Assembly: GCF_003704095.1 (NCBI RefSeq)
Contig: NW_020847374.1
Coordinates: 1 to 64,000 of the forward strand
Origin: Pocillopora damicornis
Lineage: Eukaryota
Direction of reading: 5' to 3'
DNA length: 64,000 bases
Shown here: piece after piece, positions 45,542-59,000 of the stretch
How positions within the stretch are numbered: the first letter of the stretch is position 1
Layout of the letters: the number at the start of each line of letters is the position of its first letter
Translations under genes and position numbers: made by a program
Notes under the pieces: model-generated
What the model was told of the DNA's origin: nothing
Database searches by the model: none
The model's input: only the letters and a program-made list of their open reading frames with translations

Positions 45542-48500
45542 TCACATCTGTTCATTCCAGACAGACTCGCTCAGAACACAATCAGTTATAATGGGGCAAT
45601 TGAGACAGTCTCTAAAGAATTCCTTTGCTTCCTTGTGATTGACAGTCCAAGCAACCACTTGAATGCCCTGCTCACTCCACATTTCCAACATGTCCCTGAA
45701 AACAGACAGCATAATTTGTCAACAAATGACGATGACAAAGATGTTGATGATAAATATGATTAGTAACAAGTCTGAAAATTAATCCTTTAAACCCTTAAAG
45801 TGACCAGTATCTAATTTCTCCCTACAGTAATACTGCTGTCAAATCATTTGTTAAGATCATGAGAATAAAGGTAATGATCACCAACCTAAGAAGCTTTGGT
45901 TGTGAAAAAAAAATTTCCTTGTTGGTACCAAACATAATGCAAAGAGGAAAGTAGAGAGAATAGAGCTACTGATTTTAGGGTATAAAAGGTAACCAAACAG
46001 GTAAATTAGTTACAAGAATTTGGTGTTAGATCAAGATAAAAATTTCTACCTGAGAAGTTTGAGTATTCTCATTACCTGTTTGCTGTATAATGTATAGATA
46101 TTATAGGGAGAAGTTGCATGGTAATCACTTTTGGGAGTTTAAGGGTAAAGCCAGACAAATGACTTACTTGCACACATGCTCCTTGGCACAAGACAGAATG
46201 GGAACGCCAACAAAATCAAGAAACCAAGGCAAGAGTGATTCCCACAGTCTATCAAAGAAACTCAACACTGATACTTTAATGGAACTCTTGATCTCAAATA
46301 GTTCCTTCCCTCCTGTCAAAATATAACTCAGAGTATCCCTCCACCATACTAGAGCTGTCACAATTTGTGGATCTACCTTTCTTACCTGAAAATTTTAAAA
46401 GCCAGGATGGTTATTATGGAATAATTTTAGACCAATTTTATGTTTAAAATCTAGTTTCAGACACAATGGAAAAGCTGCATGTCATCAGTGTCTTCAATAT
46501 ACTTGCTTAAGGATATTCTTTAGCCTGTGTCAAGCTCTTGGTTGATGTAAACAAGCAGAAAAGCCTACATGCACTAAAGTGGTGGTGGAGAGCTATTTCC
46601 TGAGAACCATCATTCTTCCCTAACCAACTCTTTCTCTCCTCATCAGTATCCCAGGGACAAAGGGATAGGCTGGATAAACTATTCTGAAGCTCAGATCCTC
46701 AGATTTTCATCCTCATCACCTCTTAAGAAATACTCCAGCAGTGATGCACATTGTTCAAATTATAACATATATCACTTATCATTTTAATCAGTATAACTTA
46801 ACGGGGTTACCTGATAAATAACACTGGGAAAATAACAGCACACAAGGGCCTTATCATACAGGTGATAGCTTGAGAACAGATTCTTCAGATATTGAGCTGT
46901 CTGAAATAACAAAAAAATGATTCAGTGTAATAACACACAAGCACCCCAGAGAACCTCTCCAGAATGGCCTAAACAATACTTAGAGCAAGACTTGAAATAA
47001 TTTTTTTTTTTTACAATGAACCAGAGATGTTTTCTTTACCCTGTGATCAGTACCTTATTTTTAACTGGACAAGGATGCAGCATGAAAAAACTTTACACCC
47101 ACTTTATTTCAAATGCTAGCTGGTATTTTGCAAGAAGGGAAGCCTCACTAAGAAGAAAGTTGCAGTAGTTGACCCTGAACTTAAAGCAGGACAACATATC
47201 CTAAACCAGTTTCCATGTCTTCTGAAATCAATTTCTTTCAAGTTGATTAACAAACAACTGTAACTCCTTGTGGCTGTTTGCTCGAATTTCTCTAATTTCA
47301 AATTTCTAATTTGCATCTAATTTCTCCTTACTCTATCAGCCTTGAATCATGCATTAAGGTCAAGAGAGTATTGGAAATCATCACCAACAAAAAGAAGCTC
47401 TTGATTGTAAAACAAATTCTCCTTGTCAACACCTTAGGAAATGTATGAAGAACAGTAATGTATGAAGAACAGTAAGGAGAATATGCATACTGATGTTGGG
47501 GTGTAAAGAGTTAAAGAAGGTTGAAGTTTTGGTAACANNNNNNNNNNNNNNNNNNNNNNNNNNNNNNNNNNNNNNNNNNNNNNNNNNNNNNNNNNNNNNN
47601 NNNNNNNNNNNNNNNNNNNNNNNNNNNNNNNNNNNNNTGAACACACATTGACGTATGAACCAATTGTTAATTGACAAGTTCAGTTTCAAATATTCTTTTA
47701 CATGTTTTCCACACATTTTCAATTACTGTGGAAATTTGATTAAATTGATAATAAACTCTAGTTTAGTTAAAAAGCTCTTTTCACCTTGATATTATTTTCA
47801 GAAATTTCTATGGATTTTGGCCTCATCGGACGATATATATCGCATTTGAATTAAGAGCGTTGAAAATATTCAACAATTTTGAAACGGTTGCATTCTATTA
47901 TAAGAGATGAAAAACAAACTTGAAAACAACATTTCAAGCCAAGAGATCGAGTTACTGATTCCAGAGAACGAAGGCTTCACAACGTCATCAAAAACTTACC
48001 ACTTAAGCCTTTAATCCTAAAGATCCGCTAGTGGTTAATAAGTTTCAGAATCAAGTTTCCGCACAGCCCCATACTATTGTAAAACAAATCTGTTTTCCCA
48101 ATGGCAATGTATTATTTTTGTCATTGTTTTCTCTGTTCAAGAATTGAATGCATAATGTAGGATGCGGCTGTGTGGAAATTTTACCTAATATTGATTTACA
48201 ATCCTCTCACATAAAAAATATATGACCTCTGTACTTTAAATTACCTCAGTGGATGTTTCACCGATGCATCCAATTTTCTAATTTCTTCCAGAGTAAAACT
48301 ACTGACGGGACCACTTCCATTCGTAGTCCTATCAACGGTAGCATCATGAATAACAACAGCCCTACTGTCTTTCGTGAAATCAACGTCAAACTCCACACCA
48401 ATAGCTCCATTTTCTTTCGCCGATCGAAAAGCAGCCAAGGTATTTTCAGGAGCTTCTGCCGATCCTCCTCTGTGCGCGATTAACTCTGGTGATTTGTCCG

Positions 48501-48615
48501 ATAGGCCTCCTCGCAGAAAAGACTTGACGAGTTCAGGGTCAGGCTTCAGTAGACGAAATTTTCGGTAAAGGATCAGTAAAATTGCTGGAATGAAAATTAT
48601 TAACAGAAACGCCAT
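45542..48615 (-). CDS. GDE1: Glycerophosphodiester phosphodiesterase 1-like, paralogue A; exon 2 presumably in a gap
   Basis: Exons 48615-48245, [gap 47538-47637], 46900-46811, 46385-46168, 45695-45542. N-terminal TM segment; motifs [51 protein letters not shown]. Confidence 0.85.
47316..47514. mobile_element. TTAA-type MITE copy (left end lost)
   Basis: Ends GGGGTGTAAAGAGTTAA; interior similar to the 14897 copy. Confidence 0.65.
47538..47637. other. Assembly gap (100 N)
   Basis: Lies where the exon homologous to GDE1-B exon 2 is expected. Confidence 0.9.
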
Positions 48616-48789
48616 AATTATGATAGACCAATGTTCAACCCTCGCTCCTAGCGGTCAGTGGTAATGCAACAGAGACCAGTTTAGCTGGTTCGTCCAGTAA
48701 AGTCAACGTAGTCTTTTTTTTCCCGCGTGGTCACGACTCGCACACGCGCATTACAGCGCGATCACGTTTGAAAAATTTAGTATCGTGCA

Positions 48790-49110
48790 ATAAATGATCA
48801 TAAACATGTGTTATTGACCAAGTGTGTGATCAAGATGGCTGGATATTAGCCGAGTTCTTTTTTTGCGTTTTTATGGACGAAAGTCAAGGTTCATCAATTC
48901 AACAATTTTCATTCATTTCATTTATCATTTCATTCATCATTTCATTCATTCGGTTCATTCAATCAATATCCAGCCATTTTGAATGAACAACCTTTGTCAA
49001 TAAAGGATTTATTGTATAACAAGAAGATATCGCTTTAATAAGAATCAAGAAAGAAATTTTTTTTATTTCGTGAGCCGAGAAAGAAAGCCAACTTTGTTGG
49101 TAGCATAATG
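48790..49110. repeat. Dispersed repeat between the divergent GDE1 genes
   Basis: TTATTGACCAAG...CAAGATGGCTGGATATT and its inverted partner AATATCCAGCCATTTTG...GTCAATAA; homologous to 1756-1900; includes a TTCAT-rich tract. Confidence 0.6.
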
Positions 49111-49569
49111 ACCCCATTTTTATTAGTTCCAAAGTACAACAAGTTTAACGGGAGTTGGAGTCGCAAAAGGTCAGAAAACGCTGCTGACAATACTCTATTC
49201 CAGCTACTGTGAAAAGAAACGGAATGCGGAGATCAAAATAGTTTCATTTTGTGTCCTCATCATTTTCTCTTCCTCTGTCTCGCGCTTCCTTGCGGTGCGC
49301 TTACTTGCCTCTTATTATGTACTTTATGTAGTGGTGAAGGAATTATCGACGTCTCGTCTATGTGCATAAAATATTAGCTGTGTTTGGTTTTGTTTAAACC
49401 ACATTGAAGTAACGTCACCTAATGTTAATCATGATTCATTCTCGCACATTAATTAATATTTTACGGGGCAAATACAACGAGAAATCGGATAAATTAGTGA
49501 AATTCTTTCAACTGAGAAACGTGCATGAAATGAGCAGCAATATTTCAACATTCTTTCCCAGGCCCCACT

Positions 49570-52500
49570 ATGTTTGTAATGATCGTGGAAATGGCTCTTA
49601 CTGCAGTGTCATACGGCCTACACATTTATTTTGCAATACTTCTCATTTTTCTCAGTGTTATGATGTTTATTCTCTACCGTTTGCTTCGGTTTCCTCGTCC
49701 TACGCCGTACACGGTGAGCTGTTTTCTCCGAAGAGGGGCGCTGAGTAGAAGTTCACCCGTGATCATCGGTCATAGAGGCTGTAGTTTGGAAGCGCCAGAA
49801 AACACTTTGGCGGCATTCAAATTAGCGAAAGAAAACGGAGCTCAAGGAGTGGAATTTGACTTGGACTTTACGAAAGATGGCGTACCAGTAATAATTCATG
49901 ATTCAACCGTAGACCGCACAACAGATGGACACGGTAAAGTCCGCGACTTTACTTACGAAGAAATTAGAAGACTGAACGCCTCAGCAAAACACCCCAATAG
50001 GTAAGAGAAGCTTATATCCTTGACAATGCCAAAAATAAGAAAAATATTAGGTAGAAAGTTTTCCCTTTTAAACTCGTGACACGAAAAATTCTGTGTAGAA
50101 AAAAACGTGTTTTTTTTGTTAAATTCTTGCGTGAAACATTATCATGACTCCCCCCGTTTGTTACTACTACTGTGATGGGCTGATCAATTCAAAGCTTCTA
50201 AATCCCTTCCCCCCCGGCAACTCATGGGCATTTGACTGGTGTCTGTGCATAGAGAATAGGGAATTTGACAAAAGTTGGGGGGGGATTTGAACCTTGCCAG
50301 AGTGGGGTGGGGAATTTGAACTGGAAGTGTCAAGTATTTCCAGTTGAATACACATGTTTATTTTTTGATGTGGTGGAGTCAAAGGTGAAGAGTTTACTTT
50401 CCCAATTTTCATGACATAGAATGATGCTTGCAAGCAGAAAACCCAACAGCAGTGTCAAAAACTAATTTACATGCTGCTTTTTTTTTTCTCTCACCATTTT
50501 TTAAAACATTTGGTTCTTCAGGAGGAACCTTTGACTGATAAATGCAGCCATTTAATAGAGCATTTCAATGCAATGGTGGTCCTGCAGTTGGGGAGGGGGG
50601 CAGGAATTTGGATGAACCAATCCATAAAAGTTCAAATGCCTGGGGGATGGCCCGGGGGGAGGGGGGGGGAAGGGAAGAAGACTAAATAAAAGTGCTTTTG
50701 GTGTGGAGGCATTAACAAGCTGCATATAATGAAAACTTGGGTGAGCTAACAGTGTCTCTCTCATAACTGCAATGCATGTGCCACTTCTTTTTTTCTGCAA
50801 AAAATTTTACTGAATAGATAGCACATTGAAAAGTATCAGTAGGTTTCTTCAAGAAGATCATTTGACTTAAAAGCCAAATTTACCATTTCTTATCAAGCTT
50901 TTTCATTGGATAATGATGCAACATGACATGAAACATGACAATATTTTTGTAGGGAAAAATTTCCAGATGAGCGTATCCCATACCTTCAAGAAGTTGTAGA
51001 TCTCTGTGTGAACCTTGGTTTACAAATGTATATTGATGTGAAAGCAGCATCACAAGCTGGAAAAGTATGTTGCCAAAATGTTACACTTGTATGTGTTGTG
51101 GTTCAAATGTTTCTTTGGTTTAAAATGTTCAAATTTTGTATTCTTTTGCTGCAGAGTTTCATAATGGATGTGAGACAGAGGAAAAATAAAAAAAGATCTA
51201 GTTTTACTATTGTTAGTGAATGAGTCTTTGTTTCAATTACAATTTTTTATTTTCCTATACCAGGCGGCAAGTGTCCTCAAAAACTTATTTGCAAGTCACC
51301 AGCTGTATGACAAAGCTATAGTTTGCTCATTCTATCCAAATGTAATTTTTCAGGTAAGAAGTTAAACATAGACATATTATACTACGGAAACACACTGATC
51401 CATGGGAAGAGAGCTGTACATATTGATACAGCTTCCTTAACAAAAAACTCTTCCTTATAAGAGACAAACTTTTTGTGTTTTATGCACATTTCTCCATGAC
51501 TGGAATTACTTGGAAATGGTTCGAGGCAATTCCAGCCATGGAGAAATTTTTTTCTTCCACTGACCTAATTCAGACACATGAAATGCACAACTTCTTAATA
51601 AATACAATTACTTAACATCACCATATCTACAGAGATTGATTTGATTTTTTTTTTTGTTTTTTTTTTTTCAGTGATCTTGAGTATTTAAGGTCCACACCAA
51701 AATCCACTGTTAAGGGCCTATCATCAAGCAAATCAACTTTCTATAAAATTAGCTCTGTCTTCCTTCTTTGGAAATTAATCCTGTGCCACATTATTTCTCT
51801 TTGCTGCCATTAGGTACGCCGAGCTGATCCAAATATTCTCACAGCCCTCACATGGCGGAAAATGTTTATATCCCTTACAGATTATTGTGGTCCATGTAGA
51901 TACAAGGAGTGGTGGAAGCAACTGTTGGCCCCTCTGCTGGACAGAATATGGGAGCTTCATCTTCACTCCTGGGTTTATGACATACTGGGAGTGTCTGTCT
52001 TTCTGTCTCATACAGCGCATTTCTCAAGGTATGGTTACCCTCATTTGTTAGGCAGGAATAGTCAGATCATATGAACAAAGATATGGATAAATGAGTAAAA
52101 TGAGTAAATGTTTTCATAAGACAGCTAAAATCTAGCATAGTCCTGAATGAAGTTTTTCACTAAATGTCATGTTTCAAACTTTCAAGTTATTAAAGTCGAA
52201 AGTTCAAAACTTTTATCTTGTTACAGTGCCACTACTGTTACCAGGTTCACTTGTAAACAAATATAACTAATTGAATTTTAAGAAACAAGCCATGAATTGA
52301 ATTTAACTACATTTAATGGGGCAAATCAATGTGGGCTTTGAAGCATGAAGTGGCAGTGTAGTAAAAAGGGGCATCAAAGTCACAACAGTTTTCAGATGGA
52401 AAATAGTATCTTTGTGTCTTTTCTGTTGTCTTGTTTCAAAAAACACACAAAACCATCAGATACTCAGGCTAGACCACAGCACACCAAGCTGACAAAGAAT

Positions 52501-53092
52501 TATGATGGACTTGATTCCTGTAACCAGATCAATCAGTTTTGTACAAGTGTAGCAGTAATTGCACAAGGTCCAGTTGTATAAAGGCCAGATATCACTATCC
52601 AGTGGATAAATCCCTATCCAGCAGATGAGTGTCAACTAAACATACTGTGCTATCCACTGGGTAGAGGTTTATCCAGTGGATAGCATTATCCACTGTTCAA
52701 ACAATCAGGGCCTTGAATTTAAGGATACTTTTTGCAAAAGACAAATTTTTATTTGATACTCCTGTTTGTGTCAGGAGTGCATGGTTTTGTGGTAAAGTGT
52801 ATATGCAGCCACCATCTGTTTTTCTTGTTGTGCTTTTCTTTCCTCAACATTATCATTATAAATTGTGAAAGTGTTTTAATGCATTTTGTTGATGCTGTTG
52901 TTTATGTGGTAGTTGCAATACTGTTATATTCTTTCCTGCAGAGAATACCAAAGAGAATGGCAAAACAATGGAGTGAGTGTAGTTCTTTGGACAGTTAATG
53001 ATCCTGCAGAGAAGGACTACTTTGGCAGAGTTCTAAAGTGCCCAATCATGACAGACTGTGTGGGGAGCAGTTCACAGCAGAGTGCTCCATAA
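49570..53092 (+). CDS. GDE1: Glycerophosphodiester phosphodiesterase 1-like, paralogue B, 5 exons
   Basis: Exons 49570-50000, 50953-51064, 51264-51353, 51814-52028, 52942-53092. Motifs [76 protein letters not shown]. Start could also be ATG 49579 or 49591. Confidence 0.9.
52563..52715. mobile_element. Short palindromic MITE with TATCCA(C/G)TGG subrepeats
   Basis: CAAGGTCCAGTTGT ... ACAATCAGGGCCTTG ends; internal TATCCAGTGGATA palindromes. Confidence 0.6.
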
Positions 53093-53142
53093 ATACCTGA
53101 TTTATACTTAAATGTTTCAACTGAATGATTGAATTTTTACTT

Positions 53143-53330
53143 TTAACCCTTAAACTACAAAGGTCTGATCGTTACTTTTCCCCTCTAGTTACCATATATT
53201 TCCTTTTAAACTAGTTATGATGACTTCTACCTGATAATTTTGGGTATTCTCGTTAGCTGTTTGCTGGATTATGTATGAATATTATAGGGAGAAGTTAAAT
53301 GTTAATCTCTTCAGGGAGTTGAAGAGTTAA
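53143..53330. mobile_element. TTAA-flanked MITE in the GDE1-B 3' region
   Basis: TTAACCCTTAAACT...GGAGTTGAAGAGTTAA. Confidence 0.65.
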
Positions 53331-53777
53331 AAGCAACCTCTCTTTATGGTAGAATCTAAGCGTTAACACAACCTTTCAATGGAAACAAAAACAATTTGAG
53401 ATGCTGGGAAGTTTGAGGTCACTTAAATTTTTAGAAAATGGCTTCAGGTTCTTCTTCAGTGGAAGTTTGAGTTAGTAAGGTCCTTTTTTATTTCCTGAGT
53501 TCTTTTTGAGGATGCACTGAAACTTGATTATGTAAATGGAAAGGATTAGGCCTTCTGATGCTTTCAACCTGCTTCTTTTCATGTTTGCTTTTTATTTGAT
53601 TTTCAAATGTGTGAAGACTTAGAAGAGTTTACTTCATATTCATGGTCAATTGGAGAACAGGGGGTGGGGAGAGTAGAATTGATAGCAGAGGGGTGAAATC
53701 ACACCCACTTTGGGGATACAGACTCTGGGATGGGTGTGTGAGTCATAGAAAAGCCTGCAAGGGAAGAAATGCATCAT

Positions 53778-53989
53778 TTAACCCTCTACACCCTAAAACC
53801 AGAATGCATATTCTCCTAATTGTTCTCTAACCATTTTCTAAAGTGCTGATAAGAAGAATTTGTTTAACAATCAAGAGCTTCTTTAGTTGGTGATCATTTC
53901 CTTTATTCTCATGACCTTACTGTGTGATTGAGGTGTGATATTGTAAGGAGAAATTAGATGCTAATCACTCCTAGGGGTCAAAGGGTTAA
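53778..53989. mobile_element. TTAA-flanked MITE
   Basis: TTAACCCTCTACACCCT...AGGGGTCAAAGGGTTAA. Confidence 0.8.
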
Positions 53990-55290
53990 ATTAATACAAG
54001 GAAGCAAGACTGGGTGTGATTTATTTAAGAAGTGATTTAAAGCAAGTTAAAGATTTCATCACTGTTATTGCAGCGATGAAACATTATTTATTGTACTTCT
54101 AAGACTGCTAATTGCCTTAGCAAGGGTATTCATCTGTTGCCACAAGGCTGGTCACAATTCATATATCTAAAGTATTTAACAGGGTTCCTAACCCAATATT
54201 TTTTTAAAGTCGCCATTTGCCAACTGTCAATTATTAATTGGTTGCAAAAAGTGTAATCTGCCTGCTGGCAATTTTTTTGAGATTTGCCGAACATTTAAAC
54301 ACTTAACACTTAAACTGGGTCACCCACAGAGGAGGTAAATTTTGTAAAAGAAATGGTTACATGTACGTCACAAGTACCTTAATACACACAGAAGTGGGTG
54401 TTATTTTGAAGTTAGTGGAGCAAAGTTGTTAAGAAATGGGATTTTTGGGAAGGTTTTTTTTTGACAGGTAGTGTCCTTTGAGCGGCAATTTTCAGCTGAA
54501 ATTGCTCCCCCTATGCAGCATAGGATATGCCAGTAAAACATAAGTCAGTTTATATGATATGAATCAAACATTGGTTCACATGTAAGTTAAGGGTGGCTCT
54601 TATTTGTGTTCTTAACAGAATGTATTTTGATTTTTGGGGGAATTTTGATAAATGATATTTAAAATTATTTAATTATTTATTTCAAACAAATGTAAGATGA
54701 ATTTTTCTTCTTTTTTTGCAATAAAGTTACTTAAACTAAACTCTTAAGCCTTATAGAATGAATGGTATCAACCTTACCTGACCTAACTCCAGATTCTGAT
54801 TGTTTAAAAAGTGGTTTCATTTAGCAACTTAATAAATCGCCATTTATCGGGCGGCGCTATCCAGCTTTGACCATCTGGAGTCAGGTTCAAAACGGACCCC
54901 TCCCACGTTAAGAATTCGTGGACCAAGGGGAGGGGATAGAAAGGAGAAGCAAAGGATATGACGTACTAGTGTTTTATTGCTTCAGTTGGTAAAAAATATA
55001 TTTAGGAAAATCTTTACGGTATACCGCTATTAGTTGGATACCGGTCATGCAATGAATACTGTACACATTTTTGAAATAAGCTGATGCAGGGAGAAACTCT
55101 TTTACGCGGCGGAATGACCTTGTGATTTGATATGAATGAATGAAAGCGTGCGAAAACGTACCAACAGAAGCGCACCGATATGCTTACATTCGGCGACACG
55201 CAGTCATTTGAGTTAATCGCTTTACGAAAACAGGTTGAGTTGCAGTCGAAACGTCGCGATCGTAAGTTGATACTTATTCTGTATCCTAAG

Positions 55291-55670
55291 TAGCCTGTGT
55301 GGCAGACGTTTTTATGTGCGCTTTACGGTTTTGCAGGGGATGAGTGGCGAAGCCGCGACCTGTCCCAAGCCTCTTGCGGCTTCGCAGCCCATCGCATTCA
55401 GCGCGCCCAAACCGCTAGTTAAGTCAAGTAATTTAGTGTCATCAACTGAGTTGATAACGTAAATTGGCCATCGTAAAGAGTTTACAAGCTGACGTTTCGA
55501 ACGTTAGCCTCGAATAGATGGGCTTTCACTCATTGGCCACTTTTACGGTGGCCAATTTACCTTATCAACTCAGTTGATAACACTAAATTACCTTGTTATA
55601 CTCTCCCACCGACGTAACACCACAGTTTCTTTAGAAACTTGCCCCCTTTATCCGCTAGTTACTAAGGCTA
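55291..55670. mobile_element. Short TAGCCT...AGGCTA element interrupted by a Penelope-type insertion (55422-55651)
   Basis: The host has inverted ends TAGCCTG/TAAGGCTA. The insert is bounded by the exact direct repeat CCGCTAGTTA (55412-55421 and 55652-55661). Confidence 0.7.
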
Positions 55671-56021
55671 TATATATCACAAGAAAAACGTGTCAACGTT
55701 CTTTTCGGGAGGCGACACGAATTATTCACTCAATTAAAAGTTAAATGCCCAAGGCTAATTTCAAAACCCTAACTCTTTAATCTAACCGTTATTGAGTCCT
55801 AGAGATTTTCTTTTAATTTCATAACTCTGAACGGTGCAAAACCATAATAGAGTCGCAGTAACTTTTGGTGAGACCGTGGGAGGTGTATTCTTCCGTATGC
55901 GAAGCGACACCGGGCGAAACGGTCGCTTGGCAAAACGACCAGCTACTCCTATCTCCATAAACCACGATGAACAAGAAAGATGTCATTGATAGAAAAACCC
56001 TAGGCAAAAAAATTACCAAAA

Positions 56022-59000
56022 TTACCATAAACCTGCGAGATTAATTATAAAGGAAAGTGCATAACAAAGCCCCAGCCATATTGAACCTACAATGACATTC
56101 TTACAAATAATTCCCATATTCTTGGGAAATATGTAAGTGTTGAAAAACAAGGTCTGATGAAAGAGGACATACGACACAGCCACATAAATCACACTCGCCA
56201 GCATGAAGTTCAACATGGGATAACTCGGGATGTATATCAGCAGTTGTTGTGCATTGCCGATCATGTAGATGTGAATCTGAGACAGATACGTCTCCAGGGT
56301 GACTTTACCGAGCCAACTAAACAAGCCCAGGTAATGCGAGCGGAGGACTGGGTGCAAGTTTCTGAACCACAAGTAGATGACAATTACAATCCACGAGGTG
56401 AAAGGGTGAATGGTCATGTAGTATTGTCTTTCCTGCATCAAAACGAAATGAAACCATAACAACAGCACGCCAAACAACGCTAAAGTGATCCACACTTTAA
56501 GAAGCAAGGCCAAGTGGTCCCCTCGGCGATTTTCGTGCTTTTTTTCCAAGTATTTAAGGAACTGTTCAATGTACGGGTAGTTATACGCGCACAGCATTCC
56601 CACCCATGTGACACAGTGGTCCAATCTGAAAGAGGGCATGGTGCTTTAGATAGTTTGGTATCCTTAATTTTAGGAGTGGAATATCAATAAGAAATTTGGA
56701 TTGCTCTTTGTTCACTAAAAAAACGTTTTCACGCAACAGGTTCGTTGCGTAAACGAAAGGATTCGAATCAAAGAGTTCTTCTCTTACAAGACTATTTTGT
56801 ATTAGTCTTCACCGTCCTTAAGCAATTGCGCAAAACCCTTTGGAAAAGAGATGTACGTTTAATCGGCCAAAACAACCTCAACACGGTGATACGAGGCTTC
56901 AAGGTCAATTTAACAACATCAACAGTAGAAGGAGGATAAGAGGATATCTTACCAGCCCGATTTTATTAGCGTAGTGGTTCGAGCGAGGAAGCGCGCAAGA
57001 TGCTGGGATCTCCGCAGACCTCTGGCACTTCCGCGTCGCTCGCCAGTTCGAAGCTTGCAGGCTTCGCCGCTTTTATTACATCGCTAATCAGAAACAAGGA
57101 ACACGTCTCTAGAGATATGTACTTACGTGGAGCGATACACCCAGTATCTCAGAGTGCCTTTGACATTTAAGATAAACTGGAAAGGCCAGAACACTATGTA
57201 CGAAGCCCCGGGTATATCGAATATCAATAAGTTTATAACCAGGTAGATTGCAAATTTAGCTGCCATGAAGTAACGATTCTGTGACGAAAAACAGCGTAGG
57301 ATCAGTGCTCAATCAAAATCGTGATGAGATCAGGCATGTTGTTATGTTCATAATTCTTCATAATATCATTACATCTATATTCACGAGTACTACCAAATTC
57401 ACTCCGTACATACTAAAGCAGTGGATAGCGTTGAAGGCGCGCTCCACTCCGAACATCCTTCGCTATTCACCTCCGAGCAACTCGCGCGGGATTTGTGCCG
57501 GAAAATAATATAATCGTTGCAGGTCTAGTGAGTGAAAATCATCTTTTTGTGTTATATTATCCCACTGTCTTAGTATTTATTAAAACAGCTATTCACCTCA
57601 GTGTCGTTGGCTAGCAGTGGATATTTATATCGCCGCTTCTCGGCTGGGTAAATATCCACCACTAGCGACCTCCACTGAGGTGAATAGTTTTTAATTATCT
57701 GGCTGAGTATCGGTCCGTATTTAACTCACGAGAAAGGAGTTTTTACTCAATTTCAATGGAGAGGAATACAATGATGGATCGCAACTCTTGTCCATATATG
57801 GCCTCTGTCGTTTGCAACCTCAGCTACTCACCTTATTGTAAGACTTGAACACTGCCATCATGACGTAAACTGTGATGAACCAATAGGTGTGCATGGCACA
57901 CACGTAATAGCGGACGAACTCGTTGTTGGTGACAGCCATCACCATGAAAACCAAAAAGTTGAGACGAAACATCATCCTCAACAAGCGGAACAGAGAGTAG
58001 TCCTTCTTTATCCAGAAATACGAGAAATTACCTGAGGTCAAAAGAAAATATAAATCTATTCCTATAAGAAATATGGTGAAGAGCTCGGAAATAAGACAGT
58101 CAAAAAAGAGAAAGATTCTTTTTTACCAAATCCTGTCATCCATACGTAGGCAGCAATGTAACATCTTATGGAATTGAACACTTCTTGAGCATCAAAATAG
58201 TGATACCACACAAACTGCACCTGTAACCACGACATGTACAACAAAATATGTGATTAACCGCAATCATTTCTCTGCGGTGTTCTTTTGATGCGGCTCGGAA
58301 TCAGAATCGTGTCCTCTAATTAAAACCCGCTAGCCGGGTTCAGTATGTTTTCTTCTAGGTAAAGTCGGCAATTTATAGGATACAATGACAAGACTAGACA
58401 AGACAAGACAAGACCGTTTTCAGCGAGGAGTTAGAATCAGTTCTGGGAAAGCAAAAAAAAATATCAGGGTGTAGCGTATTGCATAGACCTCCGCTTGCTT
58501 TGCAGTTTCAGCTTAGGCTTTCATTTACCTATGTCGTTGTTTTTAGCATCAGCCAAACTGACACTCGTTTATACTCATTTCTCGCGCGCCAATTAAAAGT
58601 TTTCATCGAGGCAATACACACAGTGCGTCTGGAAAGGATTTCATGATGGCAAGATTCACTGACCTGCATCCATCCTTTCCACTCTTCTGTTTGATCTCTG
58701 TTGACAAGTTTTTCAGGTGTTTTTCGAATAGTGTAAACGAAGGCGACGATGACTAGAAGGGCGAACAAAAACGTGAACATGTCTCTGGAATACTGCTTTT
58801 GAGTCTTTGGCCTGAAAGGATAAACAAATTTAAAGGTTTCCAATGTTTATTTCCCTGGGAAACGGGCTACTCTCAGTATAAAACAAAAATGGCAAGTAAT
58901 ACCTTTAAAGTAGTGCTGACCCACTTTTTGCCCACATTGATCATCTGATCTTAGAATCGTAAATGTAACCATTGGCTCTCGGCCTAGGAGCTGTTACTGA

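Noticed and set aside
55819-56028. ORF continuing past the RWA-like stop codon in another frame
   Set aside because: The protein already ends at a position and length comparable to RWA proteins; an extra exon via TG|GTAAT cannot be supported without transcripts.
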